From NCBI GenBank assembly GCA_963666485.2, contig CAXXUO010000001.1, forward strand, positions 896,001 through 960,000: a stretch of 64,000 nucleotides of DNA, in the 5' to 3' direction. Source of the DNA: Syntrophorhabdaceae bacterium (GTDB taxonomy: Bacteria > Desulfobacterota > Syntrophorhabdia > Syntrophorhabdales > Syntrophorhabdaceae). Of the stretch, positions 36,113 through 44,957 are shown piece by piece. The notes under the pieces are model-generated. The model was given only the letters and a program-made list of their open reading frames with translations. It did no database searches and was not told the DNA's origin. A program made the translations under genes and the position numbers. Within the stretch, counting starts at the first letter, position 1; each line of letters begins with the position of its first letter.

Positions 36113-37975
36113 TCACTTTTTGCCCTTCATCCTGCGCACGGCAAGCCCCGGGGTCAGGGCTGTGGCCAGGGACAGGTGCAACCGTTTTTCGCGGTACATG
36201 AGCTTCTCGGCGACAAGCCATTCCAGGATCTCTGCGGCCGGCGGCACCGAAGCCGGGAATCGCTCCGCGATCCGGTCTTGTGTACGTATTTCCATGCAAA
36301 AGAGGTAGACTGCCCGCCACGGTCCCGGCAGCATTATGGTCCGGCACCCGTCGCGCCTGTCGACAATCTCGAGAAAATTCCCGCCATCGTGGTAATACAG
36401 GGGATGCGGCACAGGAAACCGGTCGTCCTTCCTCAACGTCTCGTGGAGCTCCCGCCAGTCGGAACAGGCCTGTTCTACAGGACTCCAATCCACCGGGTTC
36501 GGGGCATCCCAGCTTCTATCCGGCAGAATGAGTTCGTCCGCCGCTTGGGGCGGCAGGCCGCACCGGTAGTCTTCAAGATTACGGACGTTCTTGATCCCGT
36601 ATTTTTCCCGGAAGATGTCCACCGCACATCCGGGGGAAAGTTGAAAGGAAACAGTGCGTGGGGGAGGATAATAGGCACAGGCATAATCGCGAATAGCGGC
36701 TGCCGTTTCTTCCACTTCGTCCGCCGTCGCCCCGGGGAAATTTATGATCAGGTTCGTGTTGTTCCATATACCGAGTTCATGACAGGTCCTTAAGACCTGC
36801 AGGTTGCGTATGACCGTGGTGCCCTTGTTAAGACGCGACAGGTAGCTGTTCGACAAGCCTTCAATGCCGCACTCACACCGCACCATTCCTGCTTCATAGA
36901 GACCCAAAACATCCCGCGCCGTGGTATTGGCCCTCAAGCTTGTAAATATCGAGAATTCGCCGCGGCGCCGTTTCAAGGCCGCCGCCAGTTCCCGGATGCC
37001 CCGGGGCCGAACTGCATTCTCACAAAATACGATGCGGACATTCCGGTAGCGGCGGGCCAGGGCCCCAACCTCGCGGGCGATCCGCGCAGGCGACTTGTCC
37101 CGGTAGGCGCGCCCTCCGAAATTGCAGAAATAGCAGCGGTCAAGGGGGTTGCCCGTCCGCGCTGTCCTATCCCACCAACACCCGCGCGACCCCTCGACCG
37201 GGATGTTCCAGATAATGCTCAGGCTGTCGGCCTTTTTGGCATATTCGTCATAATCGGGGATGGGCAGGGAATCGAGGTCGGGAACCTCCGGGCAGGTAAC
37301 GGCCGGAATGCCCGTGTTCTCCCGGGTCATTATCCCGGGCACTCCCGGATCCGGGTCATGTTCTTCGCTTAAGGCAGTAAGAAGATGTTCGAAGGGGATC
37401 TCTCCTTCGCCCTCGACAATATAATCGACATAATCGAAGTTTTTCAGCACCGCGCGGCCGCGGTCCCCGCTCACCGCAGAGCCGCCGAGCACAATTCGGA
37501 CGCCCGGGGACACCTCCTTTATACGCCGGGCAACGGAGAGACTGGAAAATTCCTGATACAGGCTCGTCGTGAGTCCCACGACACTCTCCCCGGCGAGGGC
37601 CGCGGCCAGCGCATCCCGGTGCTCCACCAGTTCTTCGCGAACCCTGTCAAAGAATTCGTTCCAGGATTGGCCGAACTTCGGCGCGGGCGGCTCTTTGCCT
37701 TCCTCGGCAACGGCCCGCTCAATAAATGCCCGTTTTACCGCTTCACGGTGTTCCGGGAAAAGCGTCGACAGGTATATGCTTTCGCCGAGGACACTGTTGT
37801 TCCGAAAGACCATATAGATGTCGGCACCGACCCGCCTGAATATCTCGAGATGTTCCGAATGACAGGTGAGCTCTATGCGGGGTATCCGGGTGCGGATATA
37901 AGCGGACAGGGCACCGAGCGCGGAAGACGGCATGCCGAAATCGCACCACGGCATCGAAACGAGGGAAACCTTCAT
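36113..37975 (-). CDS. B12-binding radical SAM RiPP-maturation C-methyltransferase (TIGR03975/PoyC-like)
   Basis: N-terminal VSLVSMPW...PSSALGALSA, cobalamin-domain IVLGGS...YIVEGEGE, LPIPDYDEY, EGSRGCWW-X12-CYFC, GIEGLS...NKG and NLIINFPG. Confidence 0.88.
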   Translation of the reverse strand: MKVSLVSMPWCDFGMPSSALGALSAYIRTRIPRIELTCHSEHLEIFRRVGADIYMVFRNNSVLGESIYLSTLFPEHREAVKRAFIERAVAEEGKEPPAPKFGQSWNEFFDRVREELVEHRDALAAALAGESVVGLTTSLYQEFSSLSVARRIKEVSPGVRIVLGGSAVSGDRGRAVLKNFDYVDYIVEGEGEIPFEHLLTALSEEHDPDPGVPGIMTRENTGIPAVTCPEVPDLDSLPIPDYDEYAKKADSLSIIWNIPVEGSRGCWWDRTARTGNPLDRCYFCNFGGRAYRDKSPARIAREVGALARRYRNVRIVFCENAVRPRGIRELAAALKRRRGEFSIFTSLRANTTARDVLGLYEAGMVRCECGIEGLSNSYLSRLNKGTTVIRNLQVLRTCHELGIWNNTNLIINFPGATADEVEETAAAIRDYACAYYPPPRTVSFQLSPGCAVDIFREKYGIKNVRNLEDYRCGLPPQAADELILPDRSWDAPNPVDWSPVEQACSDWRELHETLRKDDRFPVPHPLYYHDGGNFLEIVDRRDGCRTIMLPGPWRAVYLFCMEIRTQDRIAERFPASVPPAAEILEWLVAEKLMYREKRLHLSLATALTPGLAVRRMKGKK

Positions 37976-38021
37976 AGGAATTTATTATTCGAACGCAAAT
38001 GACGCCCTGTGTCTCGGGCCC

Positions 38022-38444
38022 CTAAACGCCCGCGCCCCCCGTTGCCGCCCGCAGCTTAAATTTAGGGTCCAACACTGTTCTCGGTGGAATAACCACAGCA
38101 GCCTCGGTTGCGACACTGGCGCCCGGCGTCGACCCCTGTTTTACCCGGGGAGCGGTCCGGCTGTCGAGAGTCTCCTTTGCCGGCGCGGACGGGGTGGCCC
38201 CTGTCTTGACTTTCACGCCGGATGCCGATGAACCGGAAACAGTCCCTCCCGGTGTGGCGCCTGCCTTAACATTGGCAGCAGCACCTTTCTTCACCGTGGG
38301 CTGCGTTGCCGCGTCCGCGGTCTTCACATTTTTCCCGCCGGCTATCTGGCCTTGCACCCCTTCCACGGGTGCCGCCCCGGCTGAACCGACTGCAAGAACC
38401 GCTCCCGTCACGGCGAGAATGACACCGCTTATTTTTCTGCCCAT
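38022..38444 (-). CDS. Putative repetitive RiPP-like substrate protein A (signal-peptide-like N-terminus, VKxG[AS]TP repeats)
   Basis: RBS CAGGAGGAG; 140 aa; repeats TVKKGAA, NVKAGATP, KVKTGATP, RVKQGSTP; ends 46 bp upstream of the rSAM start. Confidence 0.75.
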   Translation of the reverse strand: MGRKISGVILAVTGAVLAVGSAGAAPVEGVQGQIAGGKNVKTADAATQPTVKKGAAANVKAGATPGGTVSGSSASGVKVKTGATPSAPAKETLDSRTAPRVKQGSTPGASVATEAAVVIPPRTVLDPKFKLRAATGGAGV

Positions 38445-38494
38445 AGCTCCTCCTGCACCGTATCTGAATTAGTCCTGATATTTTATGCAGCCGG

Positions 38495-38926
38495 TTATCG
38501 CTTTATGACTTCCTGCGCCGCGGCGCCACCCGACTCAGCGCCTGATTTTACCTTGGGGTTTGCTCCCTGCGTCGCCTTCCCGGCGAGGGCCGTGCCTGCC
38601 TGGCCGCCCGGCGTTGACCCCTGTTTTACCGAGGGATTGACCTTGCTTCCAAGCTCAGACTTCGTCGGTGTGGACGGGGTGGCGCCTTTCTTTACTTTTA
38701 CGTCGGTTGCCGATGCGGCTCCTCGGGAAGCGTCGTTAATCCTGACGTTGGTCCCGGCAGCGCCCTGTTTCACCTTCGGCTGAGACGTCGCGTCCGCGGT
38801 CATGACGTTCCTGCCGGCCGCTGCCTGCTCAACGCCGGTCTGCGCAGCGGGTACGGCACCGGCTGTGCCGACCGCGAGAACGATACCTGTTACGCCAAGA
38901 ACGACACCCGTTATCTTCTTGCCCAT
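38495..38926 (-). CDS. Putative repetitive RiPP-like substrate protein B, paralog of A
   Basis: RBS CAGGAGGAA; 143 aa from MGKKITGV; repeats KVKQGAA, KVKKGATP, SVKQGSTP, KATQGANP, KVKSGAES. Confidence 0.75.
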   Translation of the reverse strand: MGKKITGVVLGVTGIVLAVGTAGAVPAAQTGVEQAAAGRNVMTADATSQPKVKQGAAGTNVRINDASRGAASATDVKVKKGATPSTPTKSELGSKVNPSVKQGSTPGGQAGTALAGKATQGANPKVKSGAESGGAAAQEVIKR

Positions 38927-38996
38927 AGTTCCTCCTGTGCCTGTTATCGTTGAAAGCATTTTCCAATAATTTCCCGAAACTAGTCAAGGTTAATCA

Positions 38997-39026
38997 TTGA
39001 CCGCTCTTCAGGCCATATTCTATACT
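38997..39026 (+). promoter_or_regulatory. Possible sigma70 promoter of the serine hydrolase
   Basis: TTGACC-N18-TATACT. Confidence 0.45.
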
Positions 39027-39080
39027 CGAGCATAAACCTTGAAGATCCTGATACTTAAGAAAATTAAGGGGGATGAGAAG

Positions 39081-41162
39081 ATGCCGGTAGCACGCAAAAG
39101 ATTGTCGGGACCCTGTCTTATTCTTTTCTGCGCGATGGCCTGCATTGCCGGGCCCTTGCTTTGCCCAACCCCCGCAGCTTCCTTACCGCCAGATTACGGC
39201 GAGACGATCTCGGACGCGCGTTCCGCCGCCGAAGAAACGATAGAGAAGACCGGGGCATCGTCGATCTCTCTCGCCCTCATTGAAGACGACAGGCTGGTCT
39301 GGGCCGGGCAATTCGGCCTCGCCGATAAAACGGCCAAGGCCGCACCGACCAAGGAGACGTTGTATGCGATAGGCTCGACCAGCAAAATGATCGCGGCCAT
39401 TGCCGTCATGAAACTCGTCGACCAGGGGAAGGTCCGCCTCGATGAGCCGGTAGTCACATACATCAGATCTTTCCGTATGGTCTCCCCGGAATATAAAAAG
39501 ATCACCGTCAGGATGCTCCTCAACCATTCGTCGGGCTTTCCCGGAACCGACTGGCGCAACGGGTTCACGACATCTCCCCTCAAACATAAGTATTCCTCAC
39601 AGGTGCTGGAAACGCTTGCGTACGAGCGGCTCAAGCACCCGCCCGGCTACCTCAGCGTCTACTGCAATGACGGGTACACGGTCGCTGAGCAGCTCGTCGA
39701 GGCCGTGACCGGCAAAGACTACGCCCGGTTCGTTGAGGACGAGATCCTGGCACCTCTTCAGATGCATAACAGCCGGTATGCGCTCGACCGCGTCCCCGAC
39801 GGCAGCTTCGCCAGGCGTTATGACAAGGACGGCAAGGAACTGCCGTTCCTTTTCATAAATGTGCTTGGCTCCGGGGGGCTCTATTCGACACCCTCCGATA
39901 TGGCGAGACTCGCCGGGATGTTCATCGGGAGAGGAAAGCTCGGCAGCGTGCGGGTCCTCTCGGAAAATTCCGTTGCGAATATGGCGGAAGACCAGACCCT
40001 CAAAAGTTTCAACCCCGTGAAATCCGACATGGTCAGCTACGGGCTTGGCTGGGACACGGTGCACCAGCCGGGGCTTGGCGCGGTGGGCGTCACGGCATGG
40101 CAGAAGGGGGGCGCCATCCCCTATACAAAATCCATACTGACCATCGCGCCCGATGAAAAACTGGCAGTGTTCGTGGTCGGCGCCTCGGGCAATTTCGGCT
40201 CTGATCATGCGGTGGTGCTCGCTGAAAGGGTCATGCTCAACGCGCTCAAGGAAAAGGGAAGGATCGCGTCCCTGCCCGCGAAGCTCAGCGCAAAGGTACT
40301 CCCCGTTAAACCTGTTTCCGTCGTGCAGCTGAAGCATTTCAGCGGTTACTATGCCAATAGCGGGGGATTGATGCGCGTTCGCAGGGGCCCCGGCCACACC
40401 CTGGATGTCTCACAGTACGACGCCGGGACCCGAACATGGAAAACCTGGCAGGCCGGGCTGAGGATGCGTGCGGGAGATCGATTTTCGCGCGCGGAGGAGC
40501 CTTTACGGTCTTTCTCGTTCATCTCCGGCGACGGCCGGCACTATCTCGTGTCCCGGTCCGTTGCGGGATACGGCCATTACCAGGACAACGAGATCATAGC
40601 CCAGAAGGTGTCTGAATCGCGGCCCGTGCCGACCGTATGGAAGGGGCGGCTTGACCGCGAATGGCTCCTCGCGAACGACAATCCCTCATCCGAGGGGTGG
40701 CTCGAACCCTCGACAGGTCTTTTACACATCGCCAATTTGCTTTTGTACGGCGGCGCCCAGGCTGTTGACCCGTTCCTCTCCGGTACGCGCGCCGGGATGA
40801 GGCTCGTCATTCCCCAGATCAAGGGAAGGGATTTGAACGACGTCGTTATCGAGAAACGCGGCGGCCAGGAATGGCTGCGTATCGGCAGCTTTCTTTTCCG
40901 TCCCCGTGACGGGGCAGGTAAACTCAAGGCGGGGAGGAACAGTATCATCGCGGCCCCGGACGGCACCGCAGAATGGCGCTTTGTCGATATGTCCGGCGGC
41001 CCGAAGCTCATCGGCATCAACCCCGATACGCCCGATGGGACTTGGAGGATCTACGACGGCAGCCTGAAACATATAGAAACCGGGAAAGGGAAAAAGGATG
41101 TCACACTTCCCGGCGGGAAATATTACCTCCTTTTCCATCACAATGCACTCGTGACGTACTGA
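39081..41162 (+). CDS. Exported serine hydrolase, beta-lactamase class C / peptidase S12-like, with long C-terminal extension
   Basis: Signal peptide; SxxK (GSTSKM), LLNHSSG, YCN, GGLYST and KGG motifs. Confidence 0.9.
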   Translation: MPVARKRLSGPCLILFCAMACIAGPLLCPTPAASLPPDYGETISDARSAAEETIEKTGASSISLALIEDDRLVWAGQFGLADKTAKAAPTKETLYAIGSTSKMIAAIAVMKLVDQGKVRLDEPVVTYIRSFRMVSPEYKKITVRMLLNHSSGFPGTDWRNGFTTSPLKHKYSSQVLETLAYERLKHPPGYLSVYCNDGYTVAEQLVEAVTGKDYARFVEDEILAPLQMHNSRYALDRVPDGSFARRYDKDGKELPFLFINVLGSGGLYSTPSDMARLAGMFIGRGKLGSVRVLSENSVANMAEDQTLKSFNPVKSDMVSYGLGWDTVHQPGLGAVGVTAWQKGGAIPYTKSILTIAPDEKLAVFVVGASGNFGSDHAVVLAERVMLNALKEKGRIASLPAKLSAKVLPVKPVSVVQLKHFSGYYANSGGLMRVRRGPGHTLDVSQYDAGTRTWKTWQAGLRMRAGDRFSRAEEPLRSFSFISGDGRHYLVSRSVAGYGHYQDNEIIAQKVSESRPVPTVWKGRLDREWLLANDNPSSEGWLEPSTGLLHIANLLLYGGAQAVDPFLSGTRAGMRLVIPQIKGRDLNDVVIEKRGGQEWLRIGSFLFRPRDGAGKLKAGRNSIIAAPDGTAEWRFVDMSGGPKLIGINPDTPDGTWRIYDGSLKHIETGKGKKDVTLPGGKYYLLFHHNALVTY

Positions 41163-41171
41163 CAAAAAAAT

Positions 41172-41203
41172 ACCCTCAACCCGGACATGCGCCCGGGTTG
41201 AGG
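41172..41203. terminator. Hairpin between convergent genes (probable terminator)
   Basis: ACCCTCAACCCGG...CCGGGTTGAGGGT with an A-tract on the left. Confidence 0.75.
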
Positions 41204-41250
41204 GTTATGTATGATCGGCCAGGTTTCCGGGATGTGAGAACCTGACCTGC

Positions 41251-42393
41251 CTACGCGCGCTTGAGAAGTTCCGAGCCGATTATCGCTTTTTCGACCTCTT
41301 TCGACCCTTCGTATATCTCGACGATCTTGGCGTCCCGGTAAAACCGCTGAATGTCATATTCCGCTATGTAGCCGTAGCCTCCGTGAAGCTGAAGGGCCTT
41401 GTTGACGACCTCGACCGCCGTATCGCCGGCGTTCCATTTCGCCATCGAGATAAGCGCGGGGTCCGGGCGGCCGTTGTCGACCGTGTATGCCGCGCGCCAG
41501 TAAAGCCCGCGGGCCGCTTCGATCCGCGTCGCCATTTCCGCTATCACGAACTGAATGCCCTGGAGACGGGCCAGTGTCCCGCCGAAGGCCTTGCGTTTCT
41601 TTACATGATTGATGGCGAGCTCCATCGCCCCCTGTGCGACGCCGACGCCCTGTGCCGCAACGTGGTTCCTCGTCTTGTTGAAAAAATCCATGAGCTGTTT
41701 AAAGCCGTTGCCCGGCTCGCCGACCAGGTTTTCAACGGGCGCTTCCACGTCGACGAGGCTGATCTCCGCTGTATTCGAGGCCCGGATGCCCATCTTCCCG
41801 TGTATCTTCGTGGCCTGGAATCCCGGCTGTTTTGCGTCGACAAGTATGGCGCTGTGCCTCTTGTGGACGTTCGGGTTGTCCGGGTCCGTCAGGCACAGCA
41901 CGAGAAGATAGTCGGCAAGACAGCCGTTCGTGATGAACATCTTCGACCCGTTGATGACCCAGCTGCCATTTTTGCGTTCCGCTTTGGTCTTTATGCCGGC
42001 GGCATCGCTCCCCGCATCCGGTTCGGTGATCCCGAAACCCATGATCGCATTCCCGCTGACGAGCGGGGGCAGATATTTTTTCTTCAGCTCTTCAGAACCG
42101 AATGCCTGTATCATCTCGGAACCAAACGTGGTCGAAAGGACGGCCTGACCGCAACCCGGGTCAACACGCCAGAATTCCTCGGCGATCAGGGAATGGTCAA
42201 AGAAGCCGAGACCGTGCCCGCCGTATTCCTCCTTGATGAAGGTGCCGACAAACCCGTTTTCGCATGCCTTTTTCCATATCGAAAGATCGAATTCTTCCTT
42301 TTCGTCGAATTCCTTCGCCCTTTCCTTGAATTCCCCTTCGGCAAATTCCCGCGCAGCCTGTTTAATATCCTTTTGTTCCGAGGTCAGTTCCAT
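41251..42393 (-). CDS. Acyl-CoA dehydrogenase (copy 2)
   Basis: ITEPDAGSD, INGSKMFITNG, KMGIRAS.T, QLHGGYGY, IYEGS. Confidence 0.96.
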   Translation of the reverse strand: MELTSEQKDIKQAAREFAEGEFKERAKEFDEKEEFDLSIWKKACENGFVGTFIKEEYGGHGLGFFDHSLIAEEFWRVDPGCGQAVLSTTFGSEMIQAFGSEELKKKYLPPLVSGNAIMGFGITEPDAGSDAAGIKTKAERKNGSWVINGSKMFITNGCLADYLLVLCLTDPDNPNVHKRHSAILVDAKQPGFQATKIHGKMGIRASNTAEISLVDVEAPVENLVGEPGNGFKQLMDFFNKTRNHVAAQGVGVAQGAMELAINHVKKRKAFGGTLARLQGIQFVIAEMATRIEAARGLYWRAAYTVDNGRPDPALISMAKWNAGDTAVEVVNKALQLHGGYGYIAEYDIQRFYRDAKIVEIYEGSKEVEKAIIGSELLKRA

Positions 42394-42436
42394 CGATATC
42401 TCTCCTTATTAAACTTTTAGTTTCCTATCGCCGGCA

Positions 42437-43066
42437 CTACCTGCTTGCCCCCGCAACCGAGGCTGCGGCCGGGGCCGGGGCCACCGCCATCTTGGGCACC
42501 GAAACCGGTTTACCCACAGGCACCTTGACTCCAACAAATTCACCCAGGGAATGAGCCAGCATCCACAACGCCCACAGCATGGCCATGAAACACGTCCACG
42601 CCGCCAGCGGTTTGAGGCCGTGGTAGCCGAGGTCTATGAAGCCGATCGTAAAAAGAATGACAACACCAAGCGGTGAGATGCAGAAGACAAATTTCGGGGC
42701 ACGCAGGAACCCGAGGCCCCATATGCCCATAAATGTCCCGAGCAGCATGAAAACGTATCCCAGGATGGGAACGGGTATGCCGAGCTTCAGGACCGTCATG
42801 AGAAAGGACAGTCCCGGGACAAGCATGAAGAGGCACCCCATCGCCGCAAGGAGATTGCCCCTCACGCCGATACCCCGGCGCAGTTCGATGATCCCCGCTA
42901 TGATCTGTGCAATGCCTCCCGAAAAACATATCGCAAACAGTATCGCCGTGTTCTCCTTGGGTATCAGCCCCAGGAAGTATAACCACAATATCATCGTTAT
43001 CATGGCAAATGCGCACATTCCCAGTGCATTTGCCCCCGCCCACTGCTGTTCCGACTGCTGCGCCAT
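42437..43066 (-). CDS. GPR1/FUN34/YaaH (SatP-like) small carboxylate channel
   Basis: About six TM helices; ANALGMCAFA (an NPAPLGL-like motif) and GGIAQIIAGIIE. Confidence 0.75.
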   Translation of the reverse strand: MAQQSEQQWAGANALGMCAFAMITMILWLYFLGLIPKENTAILFAICFSGGIAQIIAGIIELRRGIGVRGNLLAAMGCLFMLVPGLSFLMTVLKLGIPVPILGYVFMLLGTFMGIWGLGFLRAPKFVFCISPLGVVILFTIGFIDLGYHGLKPLAAWTCFMAMLWALWMLAHSLGEFVGVKVPVGKPVSVPKMAVAPAPAAASVAGASR

Positions 43067-43091
43067 AATAAGCCCCCTTATTATTTTGTTA

Positions 43092-44672
43092 TTATGCCTG
43101 CGCGCTGCCAAACTGTTCGCGCAGTTCCCTCTTCAGGATCTTCCCGGCCGCGTTTCTCGGCAGTTCGGGAACGAAATGGACCACCTTGGGCACCTTGTAC
43201 CCGGCGATCTTGCCCTTGCAATACTGCGTTATGTCCGCCGGTTCGATCTCGGCGCCGCTGTTGAGGACGACGATGGCCGCAACCGCCTCGCCCCAGGTCG
43301 GGTGCGGGACACCGATGACACACGACTCCTTCACGTTGTCATTCGTATGAAGGACCTTTTCCACCTCGGCCGGGTAGACGTTCTCGCCGCCCGTTATGAT
43401 CATGTCCTTCAGGCGGTCGATGACCCGTATGAAGCCAAATTCGTCGATCGAGCAGACGTCTTCCGTGTGGAACCACTCGCCCTTGAACGCCTTCTCCGTC
43501 GCCTCTTTCTTGTGCCAGTAGCCAAGCGACATCCCGGGCCCGCGTATGATCATCTCGCCGACGCCGCCGGGGCCGACCTGATTGCCCGCCTCGTCGACAA
43601 CCAGGATCTCCATGTCGTAGCTTGCGCGGCCGCATGATTCGAGGACCTTCTTATCGCCCCTCTCGTAAGCCTCCTTGATGTCGCGAACGGACAGGTTCGT
43701 CGTGACGCCGGTCGATTCCGTCGTCCCGTGATGTTCGCCGAGGATATTGCCGAATTTTTCGATGAATTTCCCGTACACGGCCGGGATGATGCCCGCACCC
43801 GCGAACCACAGGGTCCTCCAGCTCGACACATCCCATTTATCGATATTGGGTGAATCCAGCATCATCATAACCATAGGGGTCGCGAACATGCCCGCCGTCA
43901 GCTTGAATTTTTCGGTCATCGAAAGGAACAGGTCGACATCCCAGCGCGCGAAGATATAGGCCGGGGCTGCCGTGTATATGCTTCCAAAGAACGTGTAATG
44001 TGCGGTGATATGGTACATGGGGCAGACGATGAAAACGCGGTCGTCCATGGTCAGGTCGTTGTTCTTCGAACACACGCGGCCCGCATGGTAAAAATTGCCA
44101 TGGGTCTGCATGACCCCTTTCGGGAGCCCGGTCGTTCCGCTCGTGTACATGAGCATGGCGATGTCGTCCTCGAAAACATCGACCGCAACATCCGCGGAAG
44201 AAGAATGCTCGATGAGCTCTTCATAATCGAACCATCCTTCGGGCCTGTTGGCCGGTGTGCCGAAGTAGATCACCTTCTGCACCGACGGGATATTGGGCAG
44301 GATGCCCTGTGCGATCTTCGCAAACCCTTCCTGGACGATCAGGATCGAGGGTTCGGCATCCGAGAGCACCGCGGCGATCTCGGGCGGTGCGAGCCTGAAA
44401 TTGCAGACGACATATATCAGTCCTGCATTCGGGACGCTCAAGGCGGTTTCGATGTATTCAAAGCTGTTCTGGCTGAGGATGGCCACCCGGTCGCCCTTGC
44501 GTGCGCCCAACGCGTGGAGGGCGTTGCCCATACGGTTGACCCTTTCCTTCAAGTTCTTATACGTATATTCGCCGTGGCCCTCGACCTCTTTCATGGCGAC
44601 CCTATCCGGCCAAAGCATGGCATTCCTGTCGATCAGGGTCCGTATCGTTTCAAACCTTTTTTCTCCTCCCAT
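43092..44672 (-). CDS. Acyl-CoA ligase, AMP-binding family (copy 2)
   Basis: YTSGTTGLPKG, HGTTE, DRLKDMIITGGENVYP, YKVPK, GKILK. Confidence 0.95.
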   Translation of the reverse strand: MGGEKRFETIRTLIDRNAMLWPDRVAMKEVEGHGEYTYKNLKERVNRMGNALHALGARKGDRVAILSQNSFEYIETALSVPNAGLIYVVCNFRLAPPEIAAVLSDAEPSILIVQEGFAKIAQGILPNIPSVQKVIYFGTPANRPEGWFDYEELIEHSSSADVAVDVFEDDIAMLMYTSGTTGLPKGVMQTHGNFYHAGRVCSKNNDLTMDDRVFIVCPMYHITAHYTFFGSIYTAAPAYIFARWDVDLFLSMTEKFKLTAGMFATPMVMMMLDSPNIDKWDVSSWRTLWFAGAGIIPAVYGKFIEKFGNILGEHHGTTESTGVTTNLSVRDIKEAYERGDKKVLESCGRASYDMEILVVDEAGNQVGPGGVGEMIIRGPGMSLGYWHKKEATEKAFKGEWFHTEDVCSIDEFGFIRVIDRLKDMIITGGENVYPAEVEKVLHTNDNVKESCVIGVPHPTWGEAVAAIVVLNSGAEIEPADITQYCKGKIAGYKVPKVVHFVPELPRNAAGKILKRELREQFGSAQA

Positions 44673-44710
44673 AATACCCTCCTTCAAAAGGTGAATTGCG
44701 GGAAACGTAG

Positions 44711-44726
44711 GGCAATTTTGATGCCA
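44711..44726 (-). promoter_or_regulatory. Sigma54 -24/-12 promoter of the ligase-satP-ACAD unit
   Basis: Minus strand TGGCAT-CAAAA-TTGCC. Confidence 0.8.
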
Positions 44727-44883
44727 TATTCTATTATTGAATGATTTCAGGATGTTAAACATATGCCTCCGGGAACGGGACAACTGCGCATTTTCCGGGA
44801 ACAGTGTGTGTGTCGGCGCGTTTCGATCGCGGAATGGCGGTTTTACTTGTTTTCCGGGGGGCTGGGACCTTACGGTCAAAAGT

Positions 44884-44916
44884 GTATCCCCAGGAAACAA
44901 TGTCTCCTGGGGATAC
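44884..44916 (-). terminator. Stem-loop downstream of acyl-CoA dehydrogenase copy 1
   Basis: GTATCCCCAGGAAACA-A-TGTCTCCTGGGGATAC inverted repeat. Confidence 0.6.
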
Positions 44917-44957
44917 GATGGGGATATTCCCGGATATCCGGGATATTCTTCAATTTT

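Noticed and set aside
39081..41162. Antibiotic-resistance beta-lactamase call
   Set aside because: The fold motifs are shared by many esterases and peptidases; the length and C-terminal extension do not fit AmpC.
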